Made by a program: the position numbers and the translations under genes | Part shown: piece after piece, positions 32,574 to 42,562 of the stretch | How the letters are laid out: every line of letters begins with the position of its first letter | Numbering within the stretch: the first letter of the stretch is position 1 | NCBI GenBank assembly: GCA_963785305.1 | Contig: CAWAUV010000007.1 | Span: forward strand, 32,001-96,000 | Source: an uncultured Planctomycetaceae bacterium | Lineage (GTDB): Bacteria; Planctomycetota; Planctomycetia; Pirellulales; PALSA-1355 | Direction of reading: 5' to 3' | DNA length: 64,000 nucleotides | The notes under the pieces: model-generated | The model's database searches: none | What the model was told of the DNA's origin: nothing | The model's input: the letters and a program-made list of their open reading frames with translations, nothing else

Positions 32574-33050
32574 ATGCTCTCCGACATCATGCGGTCCAGC
32601 ACGATTCCCATGCTGGAGCAGGTCGCCAATTTTTCCGAATCGCGGCACACGGTGCTGGCGGGCAACCTGGCCAATATCGACACGCCCGGCTACCACACCC
32701 GTGATCTCGACCCGAAGCAATTCCAGGCCCGCTTGACCGCGGCGATCACGCAGCGCGATCGCGGCAATCAGGCCACCGCGACCTTGTTGCCGGCTTTTGC
32801 CCCGCCGGGCTTCGTGTCGCCGGGGTTTACGCCGCGGGTCGAACAAGCGTCGTTCGCCGGGAGTTACGATCCGGTGGCGCATGTCGCGACCGATCTCAAT
32901 AGCATCTTGTATCACGACGACAACAACCGCAGTTTGGAACAAGAAGTCTCGGCGATGACCGACAACGAGACCCAGCACGGCATGGCCCTGTCGATTCTCA
33001 CGAGTCAATTGAAGTTGATCGAAGCGGCGGTCAGCGAGCGCTGCGTCAGC
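32574..33050 (+). CDS. flgB: Flagellar basal-body rod protein FlgB (3' end approximate)
   Basis: RHTVLAGNLANIDTPGY..RD, HDDNNRSLEQE. Confidence 0.85.
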
Positions 33051-33109
33051 GCCGCGGCCCTCGAGGAAATTCCTGAACCCATGTTTTTTTGTCGCGGGAG
33101 AAATGAACC

Positions 33110-33529
33110 ATGTTCGCGGCCTACGATGTCAGCACTTCGGCTCTGGTGGCGCAGCGCACACGGCTCGACGCCGTGACCGGCAATATCGCCAATATCTCGA
33201 CCACGCACAACGAACGCGGAGAAGCGGCGCCCTATCAACCGCGGTTCGTCATCTTCCAGCCCGACGAAAACTTGAGCGAGGGCGGCACGCCGGGAGTGAA
33301 GGTCGGTTCGGTCGAGATCTCGAATATCGAGCCGCAATACAAATATCAGCCCGGCCATCCCGACGCGATCAAGGAAGGCAAATGGAAAGGCTATGTGGCG
33401 TTTCCCAATATCGATCTCACGAGCGAAATGGTCGACGCGATCGAGGCGTCGCGGGCTTATGAAGCCAATGTCGGCGTGATTCAAATCACGAAAAGCCTGC
33501 TCCAGCAATCGCTCAAAATCATCGCCTGA
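33110..33529 (+). CDS. flgC: Flagellar basal-body rod protein FlgC
   Basis: SALVAQRTRLD..NIAN, YQPGHPDA, PNIDLTSEMVDAIEASRAYEAN. Confidence 0.95.
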   Translation: MFAAYDVSTSALVAQRTRLDAVTGNIANISTTHNERGEAAPYQPRFVIFQPDENLSEGGTPGVKVGSVEISNIEPQYKYQPGHPDAIKEGKWKGYVAFPNIDLTSEMVDAIEASRAYEANVGVIQITKSLLQQSLKIIA

Positions 33530-33540
33530 GGAGGCGCCCC

Positions 33541-33876
33541 ATGCTTTCGCCCCTGGGTTTCTCGAACCAGCCGCTGCCCGGCGGCCTCCAGGCGCCGGCG
33601 GCGCCGCCGAATTTGCTCGCCGCGCCGGGATCGCCCGGGGTCGCGGGCGCCGAGGGGTCGTCGTTCAAGAGCATGCTGCTCGATTCGGTGCAGCAAGTGA
33701 ATTCGATGCAGCTCGAAGCCAACAAGGCCGTCGAGGGACTCTTCACCGGCGCCGAGATCAATCCGGCCGAAGTGCTCACCGCCGTGCAAAAGGCCGACCT
33801 CGCGTTTCGCATGTTGATGCAGGTGCGCAACAAACTCGTGGCGGCGTACCAAGAAATCAAGGATGTCAAGGTTTAA
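33541..33876 (+). CDS. fliE: Flagellar hook-basal body protein FliE
   Basis: FKSMLLDSVQQVN..KADLAFRMLMQVRNKLVAAYQEI. Confidence 0.93.
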   Translation: MLSPLGFSNQPLPGGLQAPAAPPNLLAAPGSPGVAGAEGSSFKSMLLDSVQQVNSMQLEANKAVEGLFTGAEINPAEVLTAVQKADLAFRMLMQVRNKLVAAYQEIKDVKV

Positions 33877-33962
33877 TGTCGTCCTGAACGGATTCAGCGC
33901 GCGGACCGCTTCAGACAGGCAATTCAATCGCTTCGTGATTCCTCGCTCTCGGATGCTTCAAT

Positions 33963-35657
33963 ATGGATTTCGTCAACAAAACCATCGCCCAGGCCGCCGA
34001 ACTCTTCAAGTCGCTCACGCCCGCGGCTCGCGTCATGGCCGGCTTCCTGGCGGCGCTGGTGCTGATTAGCCTGGCCTATCTCTTTCAATCGCAGACCTCG
34101 GGGCCCGACGCGTACTTGATGGGCGGCGAGCCGTTTTCCGCCAGCCAGTTGCCGGCGATGGAAGCCGCTTTCTCGAAAGCCAATCTCAACGACTATGTGA
34201 TCGAAGGCAACCGAGTGCGCGTGCCCCAAGGCCAGCAAGCGGCGTATATGGGCGCCCTGGCCGAAGCCGGCGCACTGCCCGCGAGCTTTGGAACCTATCT
34301 GGGCAAGGCCGTCTCCTCGAATAGTCCCTGGATTAGCAAGGATCAGCAGCGCGAACTGATCAAAGTCGCCAAGCAGAATGAACTGCAAGACATCATCGCC
34401 GCCATGAACGGCATCGAGCGCGCCAGCGTGCTCTACGATGTTCAAGATCAGCGCAGCTTCGGCGCGCAGACGCTGATCACCGCGTCGGTCAGCGTGAAAC
34501 CCAATGGGGTTTTGCCGCTCGATGAAGAGCGCGTGCCCACGCTGCGGCACTTGGTCGCGAGCGCCATCGCCGGCCTGAAGCCGGAAAATGTCACGATCAT
34601 CGATCTCAACGGAAAACATTATCCCGGCGGCGGCTCGGGCGGACCCGGCATGGCCGGCGCCGGCGGCGAAAATGTCTACGGCGCTTGGAAGAAAGCCTAT
34701 GAACAAGAATGGCAAAACAAAATTCGCTACGCCCTGGCGTATATCCCCGGCGTGGTCGTCACTCCGAACGTGGAGCTCGACATTGAAACCGCCCACGAGG
34801 AAAACGTCACCACCTACGACCCCAAGACCGTGGCTTACAACGTCAAGGAAAGCTCGACCAACAAACTCGTGAAAGGCGCCGGCCCGGGCGGACGGCCCGG
34901 CGTCGTGGCCCAGCAAGGCGGCGCCAATCAGCCCGCCGCGATCTCGCAATCCTCGGGCTCGGAGACGAACGAGGAAAGTTCCGAAACCCAGACCAGCACC
35001 GCCGTGCCCGGCAAAGTGGTGCGCACCGTGCAACATGGGCTCACGCCCAAGCGCGTGACGGTGAGCGTGAGCGTGCCCTCGACCTACTACGAGCGGGTGT
35101 GGGCCGAGCGCAATCCGCCTGCTGAAGGCCAGCCGGTGAAAAAGCCCGATGCCCAAGCATTGCTCGATATCGAAACCAAGGTGAAGACCGACATCGAAGG
35201 CGCCGTGGTGGCGTTGCTTCCCGCCGTGCCGCCGACGACCGATCCTTATCCGCGCGTCAAAGTCTCGACGTTTCAGCCGGTGTTGGCGCCAGCGACGCCC
35301 GGACCGACCACGGCCGACCTGGGATTGGCTTGGCTCTCGCGGCACTGGACCACGCTGGGCATGATTTGCGTGGCCGCCGCGAGCTTGCTGATGCTTCGCA
35401 GCTTGATCCGTTCGCTCCCCTCGGCGTCGGCGGCCGGCGTCGCGGGCGCGAACGCCTCGGAAGGCGGACCGACGCTTTCGCTGGTCGCGGGAGACGAAAC
35501 GGCGCCCGCGAATAGCGACGCCAACACGGCGCGCAATCGCCTCAAGCGACGCGGCGTCGGCGGTCCTTCGCTCCGCGACGAACTGGCCGAGATCGTGAAA
35601 GAAGACCCCGACACCGCCGTGGCGATCTTGCGAAATTGGATCGGCGCCGCCGGCTGA
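33963..35657 (+). CDS. fliF: Flagellar MS-ring protein FliF
   Basis: Two TM segments, TASVSV, VASAIAGLKPENVTIID, C-terminal VKEDPDTAVAILRNWI; follows fliE. Confidence 0.88.
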   Translation: MDFVNKTIAQAAELFKSLTPAARVMAGFLAALVLISLAYLFQSQTSGPDAYLMGGEPFSASQLPAMEAAFSKANLNDYVIEGNRVRVPQGQQAAYMGALAEAGALPASFGTYLGKAVSSNSPWISKDQQRELIKVAKQNELQDIIAAMNGIERASVLYDVQDQRSFGAQTLITASVSVKPNGVLPLDEERVPTLRHLVASAIAGLKPENVTIIDLNGKHYPGGGSGGPGMAGAGGENVYGAWKKAYEQEWQNKIRYALAYIPGVVVTPNVELDIETAHEENVTTYDPKTVAYNVKESSTNKLVKGAGPGGRPGVVAQQGGANQPAAISQSSGSETNEESSETQTSTAVPGKVVRTVQHGLTPKRVTVSVSVPSTYYERVWAERNPPAEGQPVKKPDAQALLDIETKVKTDIEGAVVALLPAVPPTTDPYPRVKVSTFQPVLAPATPGPTTADLGLAWLSRHWTTLGMICVAAASLLMLRSLIRSLPSASAAGVAGANASEGGPTLSLVAGDETAPANSDANTARNRLKRRGVGGPSLRDELAEIVKEDPDTAVAILRNWIGAAG

Positions 35658-35739
35658 CGCATCGCCTAGAGCAGCGCGAACAAAACCGATCGTCGATTCC
35701 CCCGCGAGGGGACGATGACATCCTCGAGGAACCGGGCCC

Positions 35740-36752
35740 ATGAAAAAACGATCCGACACGATTCGCAAGGCGGCCATCCTCATCGCCAGCCTCGATCGCG
35801 ACGCGGCCGACGCCTTGCTCAATCAAATGTCCGATGAACAAGCAAGGCGATTGCGACGAGCGCTCGTCGAACTGGGCGACATCGACACCGACGAACAGGC
35901 CGATGTGATCGAGGAATTCTTTCGCATCGGCCCGCTCGCGCCGAAAAATTTCCCGCTGGCGTCGAGCTCTGCGACACCTTGGCCGAGGAATTGGGCTTCG
36001 TCTCGAACGGCGGCTCGCTCGCCACGCCGCGTCAGAGCGTCGAGCCCGGACCGGCGTCGTTCGAGTTCCTCGACGTGCTCTCGGCCGCCGAGTTGGCTCG
36101 GTATCTCGAACGCGAGCACCCGCAAACGATCGCGCTCGTGGTTTCGCATTTGCCGGCTCAGCGCCGGTGATGTGCTCGGGCGCTTCTCGCCGCTGGTGCA
36201 GGCCGATGTGGCGCGGCGGCTGGTGGACCTCGACCCGCGCAGCCCGAGGTGATTCGCGAAGTCGAGCGAGGGCTCAAGAACGCGATGGCCACTCAGGTGC
36301 GCGATCGCGAACGTCGCCAAGCCGGACTGGCCACGCTCGAAGGCATTTTGAAAGCGGCCGACGATCGCACGCATCAGGAAATCTTGGCCAATCTCGACGC
36401 GGTCGATCGTCAACTCGCCGGCAAGCTGACCCCGCCGCGCCGCAAGCCGCTCGAATTTCATGAACTGATGCGCTGGGACGATCGTTCGCTGGCCGCGGTG
36501 CTCGAGCGAGCCGATACCGAGATCGCGGTTTTGGCGCTGGCCGGGGCCGATCACGAATTCGTCGCCCGGTCGCTGGCGATCTTGCCGCGAGCGCAGGCGC
36601 GGGCTTTGCAATACGCGCTCGATCATCTCGGCCCCACGAAGCTCAGCGATCTGGAAGCCGGCCAAGAGGAGTTGGCCGCGCTGGCCGAAGCGATGCTCGT
36701 CGGCGGCGAGCTCAAGCGCGAGGCGGCCCGGCGATTGAGTTTGGCGGCCTGA
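35740..36752 (+). CDS. fliG: Flagellar motor switch protein FliG (frameshifted)
   Basis: IRKAAILIASL, EHPQTIALVVSHL, LGPTKLSDLEAGQ. Confidence 0.88.
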
Positions 36753-36824
36753 AGCCTGAAATCCCGAATTCAACATATCTTTGCGGCCGATCTTTTCATT
36801 ATCCCGAGTTAGCAACGAGTTCGC

Positions 36825-37477
36825 ATGGCCACGGTGATCAAGTCGGGCGGCGTGATTCGCGCAGCGGAATCCGGCGCCTTCAATTTCGACGATATGGCCG
36901 CCAAGGCCAATCAATACTTGGAGCAGGTGCGCGCAGGCGGCGACCATTCTCGCGCAGGCCGGCGCCGACGCCGCCGGGATTCGGGCCCGCGCCGAGCAAG
37001 AAGGCCGCGCGGCGGCGATGAAGACCATCGAACAAACCATCGCCGAGCGAGTGGCCAAGCACTTGGCCACGCTCACGCCAGCGGTGCGGCAAGCGGCCGT
37101 GGCGATCGAGCAAGCCAAGCAAGCCTGGCTCCGGCAGTGGGAGAGCCAAGCGATTCGCGTGGCGGCGGCGATCGCCAAGCGGGTGGTGCGGCGCGAACTG
37201 CGGCAATCGCCCGACATCACCTTGGCCTTGGTGCGCGAAGCACTCGAACTGGCCGCCGGCTCGGCGGATATGCAGTTGCTGCTCCATCCGCAAGATCATC
37301 AGGCGCTCGGCGGCGAAGTGCGACAGATCATCGAAGCGGTCGGCAAACTGGCCAAGGTCGAGGTCACGGCTTCGGACAAAGTGTCGCTCGGCGGATGTCG
37401 GGTCGAGACACGGTTCGGCGTGGTCGACCAGAGTGTTCGAGGCGCAGCTTGCCAGGATCGAGGAAGAGTTGCTTTAA
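36825..37477 (+). CDS. fliH: Flagellar assembly protein FliH (frameshifted)
   Basis: IAKRVVRREL, LLHPQD, LGGCRVETRFGVVD; between fliG and fliI. Confidence 0.85.
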
Positions 37478-37489
37478 GGATTCCTATTG

Positions 37490-38857
37490 ATGTTCGATAT
37501 TTCCGCGCAACTCGACGCGATCGTGCCGACGGCGCTGGTGGGCAGCGTGGCCCGCACCGTGGGCATGACCGCCGCCGTGGCCGACTTTCCCGCTCCGATC
37601 GGCGCTCTGGCGTCGATCGAACGGCAGGCGGGCGGACCCGTGGCGGCCGAAGTGATCGGCTTTCGCGATGACCTCACGCTCTTGTACATGTATGAGGAGA
37701 CCCATGGCATCCGGCGCGGAAATCGAGTGCGGCTGGTGCGTTCGGCTCGCTGGATCAAGGTGGGCGACGCGCTCTTGGGCGCGTGGTCAATGCCCGGGGC
37801 GAAAGCGTCGATGGCAGGCCCCGGCCGGTGCTCACCGATCGCGCGCCGCTCGATCGGAGCCCGCCGCCGGCCATCGAGCGACCGCGGATCGAAAAGCCGT
37901 TTGCCACGGGAGTGCGCGCGATCGATGGCGCTTTGACTTGCGGCAGGGGACAGCGGATGGGCATCTTCGCCGGCTCGGGCGTGGGCAAGAGCACGCTGCT
38001 CGGCATGTTGGCCCGCTACGCGACCGCCGAGGTCAACGTGATCGCGCTCGTGGGCGAACGCGGCCGCGAAGTCAACGAATTCATCGAACGCGATCTTGGC
38101 CCCACGGGCTTGGCCAAGAGCGTGTTGGTCGTGGCCACGAGCGACGAGCCGGCGCTGGTGCGGGTGCAAGCGGCATTCGCGGCGACCGCCATCGCCGAAT
38201 ATTTTCGCGACCAGGGGCGCGATGTGCTGCTGATCATGGATTCCGTGACCCGGCTGGCGCTGGCCCAGCGCGAGATCGGCCTTGCCGCCGGCGAGCCGCC
38301 CACCACGCGCGGACTCACGCCCTCGGTCTTCGCGATGCTACCCAAGCTCCTGGAGCGAGCCGGCCGGAGTTCCAAGGGCAGCATCACGGCGTTTTACTCG
38401 GTGCTCGTCGAGGGCGACGATGGAAACGAACCGATTTGCGACACGGTGCGCGGCTTGCTCGACGGCCACACATGGCTCGCGCAAGCTCGCTGCCCGCGGC
38501 CATTTTCCGGCCATCGACGTGCTCGATAGCATTAGCCGGTTGATGTCCGACATCGCGTCGCGCGAGCATCAAACGGCGGCGCAGACCGCGCGTGAACTGC
38601 TGGCCGCCTATCGTGAAAACGAAGACCTGATTTCGATCGGCGCCTATCGCCGCGGCGGCAATCGGGTGGTCGACGCGGCGGTCGATATGTTGGCCGAGCT
38701 CAACGCCTTCTTTCGGCAGCGGGTCGACGAGGTTTCGAGCCTCGAGACGACGCGCGACGCGCTCGTGGCCCTGGCCAAGCGCGCCGCCGCGAGGCTCCAG
38801 GCCCAGCCCGCGGCCGTGGCCGGCGCTGGGCGCAGTCCGGCCCGATGGCGGCCATGA
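37490..38857 (+). CDS. fliI: Flagellar export ATPase FliI (frameshifted)
   Basis: [49 protein letters not shown]. Confidence 0.93.
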
Positions 38858-38978
38858 CCCTCAACGCGCCGCAAATCAACGCGGCGCCCGCGAAGCCGAA
38901 ATGATCGTGTGTCGATAAAAATGAACGTGCCAAGGTTTTTGAATCGCGTGTCAATCGCTTCCTTCGATCGAGGCCCCG

Positions 38979-39437
38979 ATGTCGACGTTTCGCTTTCGCC
39001 TGACGACCTCGCTGCGGCTGCGCGAATCGGCCCGCGACGAGCGTCGCGCCCGACTGGCCGAAGCCCTGACGGCCGAGGCCAAGTTGCTCGCGCGGCGCGA
39101 ACAGCTCGCGGCCGAAATCCACGCCTCGGAGCAAGTGCAACGGACCTCGCTCGGCGAGGTGGATGTCGATCGTCTGATGGCCCGGCATCGCTACGAGATG
39201 GTGATGAAGGCCGAGCACCATGCGCTGGGCGAGCAACAGGCCACGGTGGCCGCGGAAATCGAAAAGCGCCGCGAAGCGTTGCTGTTCGCCGACCGGGAAG
39301 TGCGCGTGCTCGAAAAACTACGCGAGAAACAAACCGAGCGGCATGCGCTGGGTGAAGCCGCGATCGCCTCGAAAGAGGCCGATGAATTGGCTTCGCGCCA
39401 GTGGCGCCGAGGAGAAGGAACATGGGACGAATACTAG
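38979..39437 (+). CDS. fliJ: Flagellar export protein FliJ
   Basis: FRFRLTTSLRLRE...REVRVLEKLREK..EADE; follows fliI. Confidence 0.85.
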   Translation: MSTFRFRLTTSLRLRESARDERRARLAEALTAEAKLLARREQLAAEIHASEQVQRTSLGEVDVDRLMARHRYEMVMKAEHHALGEQQATVAAEIEKRREALLFADREVRVLEKLREKQTERHALGEAAIASKEADELASRQWRRGEGTWDEY

Positions 39438-40105
39438 GAATGGTCGCGGCCGCGATCGCTTATATCAGCGTGGCCACGATGCTGGCTGCCGGCGCCGGCT
39501 TCGGCTATGCGTTTACCACCGGCCTGCTCGACCAGCGCAAGCTAGCACGCATGCTTGCCATCGCCGAAGGCGCCGAGCCGCTCGAAAAAACCGCTGAAAC
39601 CAAGGCGCCTCCAACGCCCGATGGCGAGCAACCGAGCTACGAAGAGCGCGAAAAAAATCGGCAACTCCAATCGCGGCAACTAGAAATGCGCGAGCTGGCG
39701 CTCAAGACCAGCATGGAGCGCGTGCAATATGCCCAGAAGGTGCTCACCGAGGACAAGGACCGCTACGAGCGATTGAAAACGGCATTTGAGGAACAATTGG
39801 GCGCCCTGAGAGACGGGGCAAAATCGACTGGACGGGAAAATGTTCGCCTTATCTGGGAGAACATTAAGCCTAAGCTGGCCAAAGAGCAGATATTACAGAT
39901 GCTCGAAGCCAACGAGATCAATGAAGTCGTCGCCATTTTGTCCGCCGTGCCGATCGCCCGCCGGGCCAAGATCATCAGCGAGTTCAAGACTCCCGCCGAA
40001 ACCGCCAAGGTCGACGAAATTCTGCGACTCATTCGTCAGGGCGTGCCGGAAACCAACCTGATCGACAAAACACGTTCCCAGGTGGTCGAACCTCCAAGCG
40101 AGTGA
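39422..40105 (+). CDS. MotE/FlbB-like flagellar protein (TM + coiled coil + MgtE-N-like)
   Basis: N-terminal TM, coiled coil, WENIKPKLAKEQIL..RRAKIISEF; between fliJ and fliK. Confidence 0.6.
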   Translation: MGRILGMVAAAIAYISVATMLAAGAGFGYAFTTGLLDQRKLARMLAIAEGAEPLEKTAETKAPPTPDGEQPSYEEREKNRQLQSRQLEMRELALKTSMERVQYAQKVLTEDKDRYERLKTAFEEQLGALRDGAKSTGRENVRLIWENIKPKLAKEQILQMLEANEINEVVAILSAVPIARRAKIISEFKTPAETAKVDEILRLIRQGVPETNLIDKTRSQVVEPPSE

Positions 40106-40107
40106 CC

Positions 40108-41976
40108 ATGACCGCGGTGACCTCGAATAGCAGCGCGCCCCCGGCCGCCAATGCGACCTACACGTTGCGGCTGGCGCCGAGCCAACCGCTCGATGTCAAC
40201 AATCTGTTCAGCGCCGTGTTCGACCAAGCGTCGTGCGCCGGTGGCCAAGGTTCGTTCACCGTGGCCACGGCGTCGAACTATTCTCATGCGCCATCCTACC
40301 CGACGGCGCCGATCGCCCATGCGAGCTCGCCCGCGACAAGCTTGGCGAGCGATTCGAATTTCAGCGCGGCAAGCGCCTCGACGAACGACTCGCAGGCGAC
40401 CGCCGCCCAAAACTTGAACCAACCGGCGCCGCCTCCGCACGCGCCGAGCGACGCGAGCAGCGCGTCGACGCCCGACGCCGCTGGCGCCTCGACGGCGAAC
40501 GCGACGTCGGCTTCGGATTCGAGCGCCGCGACCAATTCGGCGCCCGCGCCGGACCCCGGCTCGAGTGCCTCGGGAACGAATTCCGACCCAACGACCGCCG
40601 CATCCGCCGCCGCCGCGAGCGCGGCGCCCGCCGCGCCCGAGGCTCCAGCTTCCTCGACTTCCACCGCGACATCGGGCGCGACATCGACCACGGCTCAGGG
40701 CGGCTCGAAGTTCGCGAAGGCGGCCCTCGCTGCCGGCAAGGCAAACGGATCGACATCGCAAGCCGCCGCGAGCAGTGCGCAAGCCGCGGAATCGCCAACC
40801 ACGCCCGGCAATTCCGCCGCAAGCACCGCCAGTCCGAGCGAAAGCGCCGCGGCGCCCAACCCATCGCCCAACCCATCGCCCATCCCATCGCCCACGGCGG
40901 CGCCGGCCGGGCCCGCGAGCTCCACCGCGGCCGCCGCGGCAAGCGCGACTGCCAATGCGTCCAGCACGTCGTCCGCGAACGCCGCGGCCACCGATGAATC
41001 ATTGCCGATCGCCGCCACGACGGCGACCGCGGGCAAAGCCGCGGAAGCGGACTCCAAGGCCGCGACCTCGGCGCAAGACGGGAAAGCGGCCATCGAATCG
41101 ACCACCGCGTCGACAACCACGACGTCTTCAGCCACCTCGGGCAGTGGCGCGACGCCAGCGGGCCCGCCGCTGGCGCCGCCTTCGGAATTGCCCGCGTCGG
41201 TCGGCGCCGCGATTTCTCAAACAAATTCCAACGCCGCGTCGAACATTGAGCCGCCCGCGCCCGGCGTTCAACTCACCGCGACGGTGGAAGCCACCGCGCT
41301 CGCGACCATGGCGACAGTGTCGTCGACGAGCGCGGGCATTTCGCAGCCATCGCCCGGCAATGGCGCCACGGCCGGTCCGATCCAAGCGGCGGCGGCGAGC
41401 CTTGTCGGAGGCGCCCCGCCCACGGACTCGGGATTCAACAGCCAGAGCGGTTCCAATGGCGGCGCGAACTCGGGCTCCTCGGCCGCGTCGAACGGCGCGA
41501 GCGCGAGCGAATCGACCAACGCGGCCGGTGTCGACCGAGTGCGGTTCGTCCAGCGCGTGGCCAAAGCATTTCAAACGGTCGGCGACGATGGCGGCACGGT
41601 GCGGCTGCGGTTGAGCCCGCCCGAATTGGGCACGGTGAAACTCGATGTTTCGGTGAAGAACGGCAGCATGTCGGCGCAAATGGAAACCGACACCACCGAG
41701 GCCCGCGACGCGATCATCGCCAACTTGCCGGCGCTGCGCGAGCGGCTTGGAGAAATGAACATCCAGGTCGAGAAATTCGATGTCAACGTCGCCGGCCAAT
41801 CGTCGGGCGGCGCAAGCGGACAGTCTTCGTCCGACGCGGCCTATCAGCAGGCAGATGGACAAACGGCGGGCGGCCGAAGGTCGATCGCGGCCAAACCATC
41901 GATCGCCGATAGTCCTCGGACCACGAGCGTCGGTCCAGTGAGCGCGGCGACCGGACAACTGAATGTGCTGGTGTAA
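40108..41976 (+). CDS. fliK: Flagellar hook-length control protein FliK
   Basis: Long S/A/T/P-rich region then VRLRLSPPELGTVKLDV..NLPALRERL..VEKFDV. Confidence 0.88.
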   Translation: MTAVTSNSSAPPAANATYTLRLAPSQPLDVNNLFSAVFDQASCAGGQGSFTVATASNYSHAPSYPTAPIAHASSPATSLASDSNFSAASASTNDSQATAAQNLNQPAPPPHAPSDASSASTPDAAGASTANATSASDSSAATNSAPAPDPGSSASGTNSDPTTAASAAAASAAPAAPEAPASSTSTATSGATSTTAQGGSKFAKAALAAGKANGSTSQAAASSAQAAESPTTPGNSAASTASPSESAAAPNPSPNPSPIPSPTAAPAGPASSTAAAAASATANASSTSSANAAATDESLPIAATTATAGKAAEADSKAATSAQDGKAAIESTTASTTTTSSATSGSGATPAGPPLAPPSELPASVGAAISQTNSNAASNIEPPAPGVQLTATVEATALATMATVSSTSAGISQPSPGNGATAGPIQAAAASLVGGAPPTDSGFNSQSGSNGGANSGSSAASNGASASESTNAAGVDRVRFVQRVAKAFQTVGDDGGTVRLRLSPPELGTVKLDVSVKNGSMSAQMETDTTEARDAIIANLPALRERLGEMNIQVEKFDVNVAGQSSGGASGQSSSDAAYQQADGQTAGGRRSIAAKPSIADSPRTTSVGPVSAATGQLNVLV

Positions 41977-42083
41977 GCGAACGAATAAGCGGGGGGGCGG
42001 ACAAGATTCTTGGCGAGGTTTTGGCCCACGATGAGCCCCAAGGGCTCCGGGCACTCGCGATGAATCCAAAGTGAAGGCAGTTT

Positions 42084-42503
42084 ATGAGCACGGTGACGAA
42101 CAACACTTCGACCAGCGGCGCGAGCGGGAGCTCGTCGACTTCGTCCAACGCCAATTCGCTCTCGTCGCTCACGCCGAGCGACTTCCTGAACATGCTCATT
42201 GTCGAATTGCAGAACCAAGATCCGCTCAATCCCACGGATTCGAGCGAGATTCTGCAAGAAACCGGCATTATGAGCCAAATCACGTCGACCACGACACTCA
42301 CCGACACGCTCAATTCGCTGCAAACCTCGGACAGCATTTCGAGCGCATCGTCGCTGATCGGCAAGACGATCGCGGGCACCGACGCCAACTCGGGCGCGGT
42401 CAGCGGCGTGGTCACTGGAATTGGAATCAGCAATGGGTCGGTCACGGCCTCGGTGGGGTCTTCGAGCGTGCCGCTCGCCAACATCACCTCGGTCGCCCCT
42501 TAA
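42084..42503 (+). CDS. flgD: Flagellar hook capping protein FlgD
   Basis: DFLNMLIVELQNQDPLNP, ASSLIGKTI. Confidence 0.9.
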   Translation: MSTVTNNTSTSGASGSSSTSSNANSLSSLTPSDFLNMLIVELQNQDPLNPTDSSEILQETGIMSQITSTTTLTDTLNSLQTSDSISSASSLIGKTIAGTDANSGAVSGVVTGIGISNGSVTASVGSSSVPLANITSVAP

Positions 42504-42562
42504 AACGCATCGCGAGTCGCGCCGCCCGCGCTCGCTCGCCAGGAGAGAAAGGACTCGGAACC

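Noticed and set aside
32082..33176. Apparent sigma-54 activator HTH-FlgB fusion
   Set aside because: Most likely indel read-through; flgB has its own purine-rich RBS-like sequence and ATG at 32574
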